Source of the DNA: an uncultured Flavobacteriales bacterium
GTDB lineage: Bacteria; Bacteroidota; Bacteroidia; AKYH767-A; 2013-40CM-41-45
DNA length: 64,000 nucleotides
Direction of reading: 5' to 3'
Assembly (NCBI GenBank): GCA_964544885.1
Contig: CAZJDX010000018.1
Span: forward strand, 4,108-68,107
Shown here: positions 52,119 to 62,974 of the stretch, piece after piece
Position numbering within the stretch: the stretch's first letter is position 1
Layout: the number at the start of each line of letters is the position of its first letter
Made by a program: the position numbers and the translations under genes
Notes under the pieces: generated by a model
Told to the model about the DNA's origin: nothing
The model's database searches: none
What the model saw: only the letters and a program-made list of their open reading frames with translations

Positions 52119-52877
52119 ATGTCCGGTCTGATTAAATTTATTTTCAGTAAAACACTGCTCGTAAACATAATCCTGGCGACCGGAGCCGGCCTTATCATTT
52201 TTTATGGTACCTACAAATGGCTTGGCACTTATACTCATCATGGAGAAAGCATAGAAGTTCCCGACCTGAGAGGAATGCCGCTTGAAGCACTGGACACCTT
52301 TCTTTCGGAAAGACAACTCAGGTACCAGATCGTGGATTCCATTTTTGATGGTACCAAAACCGGCGGCACTGTGCTGGAACAGGATCCGGCGGCGCTGTCA
52401 CGGGTAAAAATCAACCGGACCCTGTATCTGACCATCAACGCAGCTCTGCCCCCAAAAGTAAAAATGCCGGATTTGATCGATGTTTCCTTCCGACAGGCGG
52501 AAGCCATATTGCAGACTTTCGGTCTGAAAACCGGGCAGATCAGCTATGAACCCGACCTAGCTAAAAATGCAGTCCTTGAACAAAAGTATAAGGGATCCGG
52601 CATCAAACCCGGAGTGGAAATCTACAAAGGTTCTTCCATTGATCTGGTATTAGGTGACGGCATGGGAACTACGGATGTTGTTGTACCTCACCTTGTCGGA
52701 TTAAGCTATCCCGACGCGCTCACCGTTCTGCGAGGCGCCTCACTGAATCCCGGAGGCGTTTACTTCGATGAAGACATACGAGACAGCCTTGATGCTGTCG
52801 TCTACAGACAGGAACCGGAGTCCGGCACAGGTATCACCATCAGTCAGGGCGACAAGATCGATCTTTACCTGAAGTAG
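52119..52877 (+). CDS. PASTA domain-containing membrane protein
   Basis: N-terminal TM, three PASTA repeats (VPDLRGM, MPDLIDV, VPHLVGL). Follows ddl. Confidence 0.92.
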   Translation: MSGLIKFIFSKTLLVNIILATGAGLIIFYGTYKWLGTYTHHGESIEVPDLRGMPLEALDTFLSERQLRYQIVDSIFDGTKTGGTVLEQDPAALSRVKINRTLYLTINAALPPKVKMPDLIDVSFRQAEAILQTFGLKTGQISYEPDLAKNAVLEQKYKGSGIKPGVEIYKGSSIDLVLGDGMGTTDVVVPHLVGLSYPDALTVLRGASLNPGGVYFDEDIRDSLDAVVYRQEPESGTGITISQGDKIDLYLK

Positions 52878-52948
52878 GTAATATGCAACGAATAATAATT
52901 ATTTTTACAAGATACCGGTTTGAATAACCGTTAATTACCTTATCATTC

Positions 52949-54826
52949 ATGAAGCTGATGTCCAGGAAATCCATTGCCGGTTTATTGAAAATAATCATCA
53001 CCCTCTGCCTGCCTTTCAGATTAAGCGCGCAGGAACATATCATTCCATTAGGATCCAATGCGAACATAAGCGAGTATCTTAAAAATTCTTCACCGCTTAA
53101 AAGTTTGCGACTGGCCTCAATGGACACCATCACGCTTCCTTTCGTTGATGATTTTTCCCGCAAGGGCATCTATCCTTCCGACAGCTTATGGGAGGACAGC
53201 AGTGTTTTCATCAACAGCACTTTTGCAGACAGCCCCTTCACCATCGGCGTAGCGACCTTCGACGGACTGGATGCCTATGGCCGTCCTCATGACAGTCTTT
53301 CCTCTTCCGATGCGATCGCGGATTACCTTACCTCCCGCCCCATTGATCTGAGCGGACTCATAGGGAATAACAGCGTCTGGCTGAGTTTTTATTATCAACC
53401 TCAGGGTCTTGGCGACATTCCGGAAAGCAACGATTCACTGGTTCTTCAGTTCCTGGATACCTCGGGAGACTGGCTGCACCAATGGTCAGTTGCCGGCAAA
53501 GCGGATACCGCCTTCGTTCGTGTCAACATTCAGATAACTGATGCTGCTTTTCTGTACAAAGGATTTCAATTCCGCTTTTATAACATCGCTACTGTGAACG
53601 GTAACCGTGATCACTGGAATCTTGATTATGTGATCCTGAATAAAAATACGGTAGCCAATGATTCCATCCGCGACAATGCTTTCATCAACAACAAAGGCAG
53701 TCTGCTTACCGAATTTACTTCAATGCCATACCCGCATTATAAAGCTCTTTCAAATCCGGCATCATCCATAAAATCATCCATCATTGATTCGGTGAGAAAT
53801 ATAAATTACGGAGGCACTTCCATAACCTACGTAGCGGAAATTTACAACGAATCCGGAGGTCTGGAATTCGCGTCCGTACCAAGCACCCAGGGCTCCGCGT
53901 CCAGGAGCGATATCGAGTTCATCACACCGCTCAGCTATGCTTTCCCTTCAAACCTTCCCGTTGACAGTACCAGTTTTCTGCTGAAGACCTATTTTAGTCA
54001 GCCCGGTATCAATACCAATGCCCACAACGACACATCCTATCATACACAGTATTTTCATAATTATTATTCATACGATGATGGTTCTGCTGAGGTAGCCTAT
54101 GGAGTGACCGGTAATACAGACGTTAAATTAGCCTATCAGTTTGATATCAAAAAGACCGACACACTCAGGGGAGTGCAGATCTATTTCAATCCCGTCGGAC
54201 TGAATGTCCATACCAAACTATTCCAGCTTGCCTACTGGAGTTCAGTGAGTGTTGCGGGAAATACGGATAATCTGGTTTATAAGATGATCAACCAGAAACC
54301 GGCGAACATTGACAGCATCAATGGATTCGCCACATACCTCTTTGATCAGCTACTTGTTGTTCCTGCAGGAATTTCCTATGTCGGTATCATTCAGAACGAA
54401 CCACAGACCATTTACGGTATCGGCCTCGACCGGAACACGGATTCACGTTCCAAGATGTTTTATCATGTTGACGGATTCTGGTACCAGACACAGGTAAGAG
54501 GTTCATGGATGATACGTCCCTTATTTGGTGATACCATCGTGAATGCACCCTGGGTATCTGTAGCTGAAATTGAAAAGGATCCCCTGCCTTTCACGCTCTA
54601 TCCCAATCCTTCAAATACAACTGTCAGGATACAGGCTGCATATCCAGTCTCCGGAAATCTCTTTGTTGAGATTTATAACAGCCTTGGCGCTCTTGTCAGA
54701 AATGAAAAGTTTTCTCCCGGTGAAGCGATCAGTACTTCCGCTTTACCTGAAGGTCTTTATTTTATCAGGATGAATGACGAAGGCAGAGAACGCTCATCCA
54801 CCCGCAGGCTGATCATTTCCAGATAA
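52949..54826 (+). CDS. T9SS type A sorting domain protein
   Basis: Signal peptide, TLPFVDDFS, GVATFDGLD, YDDGSAE, GSWMIRP, LYPNPS...GLYFIRM...RRLIISR. Confidence 0.88.
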   Translation: MKLMSRKSIAGLLKIIITLCLPFRLSAQEHIIPLGSNANISEYLKNSSPLKSLRLASMDTITLPFVDDFSRKGIYPSDSLWEDSSVFINSTFADSPFTIGVATFDGLDAYGRPHDSLSSSDAIADYLTSRPIDLSGLIGNNSVWLSFYYQPQGLGDIPESNDSLVLQFLDTSGDWLHQWSVAGKADTAFVRVNIQITDAAFLYKGFQFRFYNIATVNGNRDHWNLDYVILNKNTVANDSIRDNAFINNKGSLLTEFTSMPYPHYKALSNPASSIKSSIIDSVRNINYGGTSITYVAEIYNESGGLEFASVPSTQGSASRSDIEFITPLSYAFPSNLPVDSTSFLLKTYFSQPGINTNAHNDTSYHTQYFHNYYSYDDGSAEVAYGVTGNTDVKLAYQFDIKKTDTLRGVQIYFNPVGLNVHTKLFQLAYWSSVSVAGNTDNLVYKMINQKPANIDSINGFATYLFDQLLVVPAGISYVGIIQNEPQTIYGIGLDRNTDSRSKMFYHVDGFWYQTQVRGSWMIRPLFGDTIVNAPWVSVAEIEKDPLPFTLYPNPSNTTVRIQAAYPVSGNLFVEIYNSLGALVRNEKFSPGEAISTSALPEGLYFIRMNDEGRERSSTRRLIISR

Positions 54827-54885
54827 AATATTATTACATGTATACCCTGGGTTCTTTGGCTCAGCGATAAACCAGATTAGTCCGG

Positions 54886-55923
54886 ATGAACCAAGAAGAA
54901 CAAGAACCGGTCGAACAGGATGAATTGTATGAACATCATCGCTTCACTGTCGACAAGGGCCAGTCACTTTTACGGATAGACAAATTCCTGTTGAACCGCC
55001 TTGAAGGCACTTCCCGGAACCGCATACAGAACGCCTGTCTTGCAGACTGCATTCTGGTAAACGGGAAAGCGGTAAAATCAAGTTATAAGGTCAAACCCCT
55101 TGATCAGATCCAGGTTGTTTTACCTGAACCGGTGCGTGAACTTGACCTGATACCACAGGATATTCCCATTGACATTTTCTATGAAGACAAGGATCTGGTG
55201 GTGGTCAACAAAGCACCCGGAATGGTCGTACATCCGGCCTATGGAAATTATACCGGCACTTTAATGAATGCCCTGGTTTTCCACTTTGAGCATCTTCCGC
55301 ACAGGGATAAAAATCTACACCGTCCCGGTCTCGTTCACCGGATAGATAAAAACACTTCCGGATTGCTGGTGATCGCAAAAACGGAACTGGCTATGGCGCA
55401 CCTTGCCAAAGAATTTTTCGACAGAACCATCGACCGCACTTATCAGGCCCTTGTCTGGGGAGACTTCAAGGAAGATTCCGGTACGGTTACCGGCCATGTT
55501 GGGAGGAACCTTAAGGACCGGAAGGTGATGGATGTTTTTCCGGACGGGAGTCATGGCAAGCACGCTGTCACACATTACAGAGTTATGGAACGTTTTAACT
55601 ATGTAACCCTTGTTGAATGTAAACTGGAAACAGGACGAACGCATCAGATCCGTGTTCATATGCAGCACATAGGTCATCCTTTGTTCAACGATGAAAGTTA
55701 TGGAGGCAATAAAATTCTTAAAGGGACTACTTTTTCAAAATACAAACAATTCATTGAAAACTGTTTTAAGATAATACCCCGCCAGGCGCTTCATGCAAAA
55801 ACACTGGGATTCATTCATCCGGGTACGGGAGAAAAAATGTTTTTCGATTGTCCCTTACCCTCCGATATGACTGAGGTACTGGAAAAATGGAGGAACTATG
55901 TTAAATATCAAAAGGACGAATAA
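54886..55923 (+). CDS. rluD: RluA/RluD family pseudouridine synthase
   Basis: S4 domain, VNKAPGMVVHP, HRIDKNTSG (catalytic Asp), TGRTHQIRVH, QALHA. Confidence 0.9.
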   Translation: MNQEEQEPVEQDELYEHHRFTVDKGQSLLRIDKFLLNRLEGTSRNRIQNACLADCILVNGKAVKSSYKVKPLDQIQVVLPEPVRELDLIPQDIPIDIFYEDKDLVVVNKAPGMVVHPAYGNYTGTLMNALVFHFEHLPHRDKNLHRPGLVHRIDKNTSGLLVIAKTELAMAHLAKEFFDRTIDRTYQALVWGDFKEDSGTVTGHVGRNLKDRKVMDVFPDGSHGKHAVTHYRVMERFNYVTLVECKLETGRTHQIRVHMQHIGHPLFNDESYGGNKILKGTTFSKYKQFIENCFKIIPRQALHAKTLGFIHPGTGEKMFFDCPLPSDMTEVLEKWRNYVKYQKDE

Positions 55924-55940
55924 TTCCGGGACCTGGTTAA

Positions 55941-57092
55941 TCAGGAAGGAACTGACTCCTCATCATACACCTGAATGAAATTATACAGTGTATCCCGTTC
56001 AACCGGAGTCCTGCCACCCTGCCTAATAAGCTCGACCAGTTCTGAAGTTGTCATCACAGGCTTTTGCTCTTCCGCGCCTGCCATGGAATAGATCTTTGTC
56101 GTATCGTCAATGGTGCCATCCAGATCATCCACTCCAAAAGCCATGGAAAGCTGCGCCGTGCCCCGGCCGATCATCGGCCAATAGGCTTTAACATGATTAA
56201 AATTATCCAGGAAGATCCGTGACACGGCATAGTTCTTCAGATCCTCCACAATACTTACTTCAGGGACATCAGACATATCATTATCTCCGTTTCGGAATTT
56301 CAGGGGAATAAAAGTATTGAAGCCTCCGGTCTTATCCTGCAAATCCCTTAACCGCGTCATATGATCAATACGGTGCGAATACTTCTCAATATGACCGTAC
56401 AACATGGTCGCATTGCTGTGCATACCGAGGCTGTGAGCAATGGAATGTATCTCCAGCCATTCATCCGCAGTACACTTATCATTACAAATCCTAGTTCGGA
56501 TCCCGGCGTCAAAAATTTCCGCTCCGCCACCCGGAAGTGAATCCAGTCCGGCATTATTCAATAATTTCATCCCCTCTTCCATACTTAGTTTGGCCTTCCG
56601 TATCATATAATGAAGTTCAACAGCGGTAAAACCTTTAATATGAAGACCTGGACGATGAGCTTTTATCTTCTTCAATAGCTCCATAAAAAAATACAGGTCC
56701 ATCTTTGGATGAACGCCACCGACAATATGCACTTCAGTTACAGCTTGCCCATCGTATGATTTCACAATATCCATCATCTGATCGATGCTCAATTCCCATC
56801 CCTCTTCTTTTTCCTTTAGCAATCTTGAATAAGAACAAAAATTACAACTAAAAACGCAGATATTGGTAGGTTCAATATGAAAATTGCGGTTGAAAAAGGT
56901 CACCTTGCCATTCTTTCTTTCTCTCACGAAATTAGCCAGCGAACCCAGGTAGCCAACGGACGCCTCTTCATACAAATACAATCCTTCTTCCGGGCTGATC
57001 CGTTCTGACTGAAACACCTTCTGGGCTATGTCTTTCAGCCTGGACGGAAGTGATGAATCATTGAACAAAAGATTCCCGGGAGCACTATGCAT
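55941..57092 (-). CDS. mqnE: Aminofutalosine synthase (radical SAM, futalosine menaquinone pathway)
   Basis: NFHIEPTNICVFSCNFC, SLPGGGAEIF, NATMLYGHIE, HVKAYW, DLDGT. TATCTTTG promoter at 57108-57115 supports the start at 57092. Confidence 0.88.
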   Translation of the reverse strand: MHSAPGNLLFNDSSLPSRLKDIAQKVFQSERISPEEGLYLYEEASVGYLGSLANFVRERKNGKVTFFNRNFHIEPTNICVFSCNFCSYSRLLKEKEEGWELSIDQMMDIVKSYDGQAVTEVHIVGGVHPKMDLYFFMELLKKIKAHRPGLHIKGFTAVELHYMIRKAKLSMEEGMKLLNNAGLDSLPGGGAEIFDAGIRTRICNDKCTADEWLEIHSIAHSLGMHSNATMLYGHIEKYSHRIDHMTRLRDLQDKTGGFNTFIPLKFRNGDNDMSDVPEVSIVEDLKNYAVSRIFLDNFNHVKAYWPMIGRGTAQLSMAFGVDDLDGTIDDTTKIYSMAGAEEQKPVMTTSELVELIRQGGRTPVERDTLYNFIQVYDEESVPS

Positions 57093-57287
57093 GATAAAGA
57101 TTTTAGACAAAGATAGAAAATTCGACTGAGCATGTCCATGCTGAGGTCTGAAAATTCAGAGTAAGGCAACACCTGGTTGACAAGGATTTAAAACCATAAT
57201 TCCACTGAATAAATTTAGCATTCAACCGGATTAAAACGGAACCTGCCATGAACAGATTCCGCCTTGAAATGCCAGATTACGCCAACA

Positions 57288-60174
57288 TCACTTCACACAT
57301 ACCATTTGTTTACTGTCAATAGTTTTTCCATCAGCTACTAAAGAGTACATATAAATTCCTGAACTCAGATCACTGGCAAACACATTCATTTCACCTTCAC
57401 CGCGGGTAGTAATTACGACGGACTTAAGAATTACACCTTTTGAAGTATAGAATATAACTTCTGCTTTCTTTACACTCTCCGGTATTTTATAACTGATCCG
57501 GGTACGTTCGCTAAATGGATTGGGATCATTCTGATTTAATATGATTGCATTTTCTGAAGTGAGTTCTACGTCAATAGAGTTCTTTTCTGAGCTCACCCTT
57601 TGAGATGTACCAGAACAACAGGAACTGACAGCATCCTGCAGTTGATCAATCTTAGCAAGAATCAAACTATCTCTTGAGGACAAGGAGTCAATGATGGCTT
57701 GTTGTTCTTTGATTGCCTGGGTGAGTAATGGAATGATTTCTATATAATTAAGGGTCTTAAACCGCTTTTCAGCAACTAATTCATTACCTAATGAGTCTAT
57801 TTCTGCTGGTGTAACCTGCTCAGCGACCAAATTTGGCAATATCCTTTCAACTTCCTGGGCGAGGAAGCCGAAATGAATGCCATCAGGCAAATTAAGCGAT
57901 GGGTTGTTTATTTTGTCATATTCATACACCTTAGGATTTAATGAATTAATTACTGCTGATGCAGTCCCGATTGGTTGAACATTCAATTTAAGACTTGAAT
58001 CTGATGTATTATGGACAACCGGCGTATATATGTCTCCATCAAAATGTGCAGCTAAAGCAAAACCACTGCCATTTACAATTAACCTTGCATCACCAGCATA
58101 TCCTGACAAACTTGGAATGGATGAATAACCCATCGTTACATGCTCATCCGCCCATACTGAAAGCATCTTATCGTCGCTTCCATTTCGAACTTCCATCGCA
58201 CGAGAGGGCATTCCTGAAGTAGTGGTACTAGTACTGTACGTTTTAACAATCAATGCAGCTTCCGGGTCATAACTGATTCCGATCCCTAATCGACCATCTT
58301 TGTTGGTTATGGCGGATCCAATTACGACATGACCATTATCCCTTGCTTGAAAATAATCATCGCCATTAGAATCTTGGATCAGGCATCCTATGGTTGAAAA
58401 AGTAGTTCCCAATCCTCCAATTTGAAATCTTGAAAATAAACCTGAAGATAGTCCAAGTCCGACGTAAGTTCCATTATCATACAAAATGCTGTTACAAACC
58501 TCATTTGAAGATGTATTATTCATTTTAACAAGCTGATTATTAGAAATTGTGCCTCCGCATTCCACTAAACCGCTGGTCGGAGAAATGCTTTCGTCTTCAA
58601 CTAAAATTACCTTGCCATTCGCGTCCACAGACAAAACTCCTTTAGTACCGGTAAATGCGCTTGAGTGAATGGTTGAGGCTGTAGTCAGATCTGTAAAAAT
58701 GAGTCCACTATTCCCTCCGGCGCTCGTTGGTGATGCGTCATTGCTATTTATCTCTAATTTTTCCCCTGGATTATTCTTGCTAATTCCCACGAATCCACTA
58801 CTGCCAGAATTCCATGGATCAATAAATAAATTTCCGGTTGAAGTTGTTTCGAAATCCGTAAACTTTCCACCGGTCAATGTTGCATCCGCAGTATGCGTGA
58901 GCCGGAGTTGCGGACCCGAAACGTGATCAGGATAATTTGAGCCCCCCCCCCCCGCTGGATGCATTATCAATCAGGTCTAATCTCCTCTTAGGAAGAATGG
59001 TAGAATTATTCCAACCTGTTCCGATTCCCATATTTCCTGATGCCGTCATTCTTGCAACTTCCAATCCGTCGTAGGTATTCTTTGCCACCGAAGAAGCTCC
59101 GGAATAGGTACCGGTGAAAATAAACTTCAACATGTCCGGTCCAAAAGCGGCATTGGTTGGATTATCACCCCAGTTAATCACCGCGCATCCTAAATCCGAT
59201 CCTTCATCTTTAATGCCCACATACATCTGATCGCTCTGTCGAACCATATGTGTACCTACTTCCATCCAGGTTCGATTACCAAGTGAAGCAATATTTATTC
59301 CTTCACCAAGATTCAACATGGCCAAGGGTGCAGAGATAGGATTGAATGTGTTACCATAACTGATACTTACCTTGGTCATATTTGATAAATTACCTGGACC
59401 ACCAACTCCATAGGTAATTCGCATTCGCTCAGTTAAAGTGCTTGGGTTTGATGAATGGGTAGCCGTAGAAAATAAAATGGGTGCATCCTCATATTGCCTC
59501 AACTCTGCAAATACTTTATCTCCTGGATGAGTGTGAATACCAACCTTAAATCCATCAGTTGGAGTAATATAATCTGTCAATCGATTTGTAAACTGTGCGA
59601 ACACATCTTCGTCTTCTGGAAATCTATTTAAATGAAATACAGATTGAGGATACCAATCACCGGTGCTATGAAAGTCATTCAGACCTAAATATCCATAAGG
59701 CGCCAACCTCTTCCAATGCATATTTGATGTAAAGAAATCCATATTGCCTCCGTCGCGATTCTGAATAGCTTTTAAATGTATATCATCCTTCTTTTCATAG
59801 CCATAAACCAAATTATTAGGATCAGGATTCATGATGTGGAATTTTTCAGTTTGAGTACCTTCATCAATAAACATCCTCCAAACGGCGCCATAATCTTGAC
59901 CTGTAGTTGTATGGAATGCCTCTGCGTAATGATAAGCATTGGATGGATACAATAATGGCACTCTGATATCCAATGCTGCCATAGGATCAAGATTGTTACC
60001 AACAAAATCTCCAATCCCAATAGCTGCTATATTATTATTGGCATCTGTTTCTCCAATTTTATCTGCAAAATTTGGTCCTGTGTTCACAAGAAATGGTTGA
60101 GAAAATGAAAGGTAGGAGTTCGAGATTAATAAAAGCACCAAAATGCAAAGACTAGTTAGGAATTTGTTCATCAT
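57288..60174 (-). pseudogene. Frameshifted (possibly phase-variable) fibre-like protein with peptidase S74 chaperone domain and T9SS sorting domain
   Basis: ORF 58927-60174 has the signal peptide and ORF 57288-58970 has S74 (SDSSLK...GFLAQEVE...LNYIEIIPLLTQAIKEQQ) plus the sorting domain (QNDPNPF...SGIYMYSLVADG). The two frames join at a G12 run; one G fewer gives a continuous 961-aa protein. Confidence 0.8.
58942..58953 (-). repeat. G12 homopolymer tract at the frameshift
   Basis: 12 consecutive C on the plus strand; I saw no other G/C run of this length in the window. Confidence 0.9.
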
Positions 60175-60192
60175 AATGTAATTTTTAAATTG

Positions 60193-61152
60193 TTAGTTAA
60201 TAAATTTATAAGCATAATTATCAATCCATATAATATACATTCCGCTTGACAAAATAGCTTTGTCAATAGAATTGAATCCTATATTTAGTTCCTTTGAAAC
60301 TATCAATCTACCGGCCATATCGAAAACACTCATTTTCCTATCAACATTTTGATCTAACAGAATAAGTAAATCATTCTCTCTGTTCACAACAGAAATAGCA
60401 CTGGGTCTTAAAATTACCGGAACTTCACTAGCCAATTCACACAAAGAAGAATCGGTACTTAGGCAAATCCTATCTAAGTAATAGTAACTACGAGGAGATG
60501 TGGAAGGATAAACACAAGATGTATTTAAACTATCCAATGTAAAAAAATTGCCTATCAATATATCTGTATATGCAGAATCAGCTATGAAGCTACCCCTAAT
60601 GTAACTCCAATTGGTTGTATCCGAAATTATTGAATCAATATAAAATTGAGAAATATTATCTACTAAACTTTTATTTGATGTGGTTAAAGTGTTTAAATAA
60701 GTTATTAATTTAATACCAAATCGGTCATTATAACATGGTGAAGAATTAGGACTGGATCCAGCAGAAATTAAAAATGAGACGTAGTACTTTTGTCCTATTA
60801 TCAAGGGTTGCAACATAGTTATTCCAATAATTTCTCTTACAGAGTCTCTCAAATGCAAATGGGATGTACCCACGCCCACGTAAGCACTATCCATGGTATT
60901 TGATGTAAATTGATAACCACCTAGATTCTGAGGTATACTCACATTCGAATTAGTCGCACATACGTGAAAATAATCTGGCGATAGCAACAAAGCTTTCCAA
61001 CCAATTGCGTGATGAACTTGATTAACAAAATCAGGGCACGAATCACGAATCTCAAAACTCGGATTGGGTACTAAATTAAGCTGCGCAACAGAGTTTAGTT
61101 GGGTGAACAGGCTTGTTAAGAAAATTAAAAACACTGAAATGGAAGGATTCAT
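60193..61152 (-). CDS. T9SS type A sorting domain protein (NLVPNPSFE-type N-terminal domain)
   Basis: Signal peptide, QLNLVPNPSFE...CP...SPDYF, REIIG, GQKYYVSF, YYYLDRICL, C-terminal VFDMAGR...SGMYIIW. Confidence 0.82.
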   Translation of the reverse strand: MNPSISVFLIFLTSLFTQLNSVAQLNLVPNPSFEIRDSCPDFVNQVHHAIGWKALLLSPDYFHVCATNSNVSIPQNLGGYQFTSNTMDSAYVGVGTSHLHLRDSVREIIGITMLQPLIIGQKYYVSFLISAGSSPNSSPCYNDRFGIKLITYLNTLTTSNKSLVDNISQFYIDSIISDTTNWSYIRGSFIADSAYTDILIGNFFTLDSLNTSCVYPSTSPRSYYYLDRICLSTDSSLCELASEVPVILRPSAISVVNRENDLLILLDQNVDRKMSVFDMAGRLIVSKELNIGFNSIDKAILSSGMYIIWIDNYAYKFIN

Positions 61153-61638
61153 GATGCCTTTTGAAAAGAAGAATTCCCGGCCAATGTAACTTTTATTTCT
61201 ACACCGCAAAATATTTTAACAGAAACCCTGAAAAATTTAACAAAGTCGGATTTAAGATGAGTGAATTCTACCGGATTTCTGATAAAATAGAAAATTATCA
61301 GCAGTATTCATAGTGTTGGAATATTATTCTGATTTAACAAGGCTGTTTGTCAACTAAATTCATTGAACTGCGCGATACAAATCCAACTCCATAAGAGTAT
61401 ATTTTTCAAACTTGTTCAGGAAAAAGCAGATCAAGGCTTCCTCTCCATTTAAAGAATTACAATTCATTTATGCGGGTTGAAAACTTCCTTTTGCTTGAAA
61501 CAGAGGAATGAGCAATTCAAAAACTGACTCTTATCTGACAATTAAACTCCCGGATAAATGTTACTTAAACCATAATAGTAAACAAGAAATCATGGTATAT
61601 TTGTCATTAACTGACATTCATCCCTAATCCCCGGTGTT

Positions 61639-62334
61639 ATGATCCGAATCCTGCTTGTTGAAGACGAAGAGCATTTACAGGAAGCCATTAAACTGAACCT
61701 GGAACTGGAAGGATACAAGGTGGTAGCCGCCGGTACGGGCACCGAGGCGGTCCGGATTTTCAAACAGGAACGCTTTAACCTGGTTGTACTGGACGTGATG
61801 CTTCCAGAAATGGATGGCTTTGCTGTTTGTGAAGCCATCCGGATTCATAATTCAACGGTTCCCATCCTTTTCCTCAGCGCAAAGAACGCCAGTGAGGATA
61901 AAATCCTCGGTCTCAAGAGAGGCGCGGACGATTATATGACGAAACCTTTTAACCTCGAAGAATTCCTTCTCCGGGTAAATGTACTCGTCAAAAGAAGTCT
62001 GAGCCAGGATGAGAAAAAGGAAATTAACGACATCTTTCGTTTCGACGGGAATGAAGTGAATTTTCGTACCTATGAAATCTCCGGCAAAGACCATAAAAAG
62101 TTCAGACTTACCAAGAAAGAAATTGCTCTGTTGAAATTGCTCATTGAAAGAAAAAACGAGGTGGTTTCAAGGGAGCAAATCCTGGAAACCGTATGGGGAT
62201 ATGACATCTACCCCTCTACCCGGACAGTTGATAATTTCATACTTGCTTTCAGAAAATATTTTGAGTCCGATCCGAAGGAACCCCGCTACTTCTTTTCGAT
62301 TCGCGGCGTTGGCTATAAATTCGTTTCGGAATAA
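61639..62334 (+). CDS. OmpR-family response regulator
   Basis: ILLVEDE, LDVMLPEMDG, ADDYMTKPF, winged-helix (VSREQIL...RTVDNFI...IRGVGY). TATATTTG at 61596-61603. Confidence 0.95.
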   Translation: MIRILLVEDEEHLQEAIKLNLELEGYKVVAAGTGTEAVRIFKQERFNLVVLDVMLPEMDGFAVCEAIRIHNSTVPILFLSAKNASEDKILGLKRGADDYMTKPFNLEEFLLRVNVLVKRSLSQDEKKEINDIFRFDGNEVNFRTYEISGKDHKKFRLTKKEIALLKLLIERKNEVVSREQILETVWGYDIYPSTRTVDNFILAFRKYFESDPKEPRYFFSIRGVGYKFVSE

Positions 62335-62345
62335 GTCTCCCGATT

Positions 62346-62765
62346 TTATTTCAACAGATCACGGGGAACGATAAAATCAATAGGTAAAATATACTGGACG
62401 TCAACCGGACTTCCGCCCGCTGTTCCGGGTTTCCATTGTGGCATTTCATTCACCACGCGCAGCGCTTCATCGTCAAGCCACTTGTTAACTCCACTGAGTA
62501 ATTTTACATCCTTGATCCTGCCTTTCCTGTCAACCAGAAATCCAACATATACCCTGCCCTGGATCCGCTTGTACTTTGCCGAATCAGGATAGACCAGATT
62601 GGCCTTCAAAAAACTCTGAAGGCTGTCTGCGCCACCGGGGAACTCAGGCTGGACCTGGACAACCGATACGCCAAAACCTTTTTGAACAGGTTCCTTCCTT
62701 TGCTTCTCTTCTTGTCCGAAGAGCGCAAAGGGCATGAACAAAATCAAAAATACAATGCTCTTCAT
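62346..62765 (-). CDS. Exported TonB C-terminal domain protein
   Basis: Signal peptide, PEFPGG, YPDSAKYKRIQGRVYVGFLVD, LDDEALRVV, WKPG, YILPIDF. Confidence 0.88.
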   Translation of the reverse strand: MKSIVFLILFMPFALFGQEEKQRKEPVQKGFGVSVVQVQPEFPGGADSLQSFLKANLVYPDSAKYKRIQGRVYVGFLVDRKGRIKDVKLLSGVNKWLDDEALRVVNEMPQWKPGTAGGSPVDVQYILPIDFIVPRDLLK

Positions 62766-62974
62766 AGTGTTTTATGCTGGGTGATAAACGATAAAAACTC
62801 ACCAAATTCAGATCAAACCTACATATATTATACGAATCTACAAATACAACTTCTCCCGCTGTGGCTCACTTATCCACGGATGAAATTCAGCATTTCTGCC
62901 AAGGGTTCAGTATAAATGACCTTAAGACTTGTTAAATCCATTCAATAGATGGATTGAAAATTCTATATTTGGAA

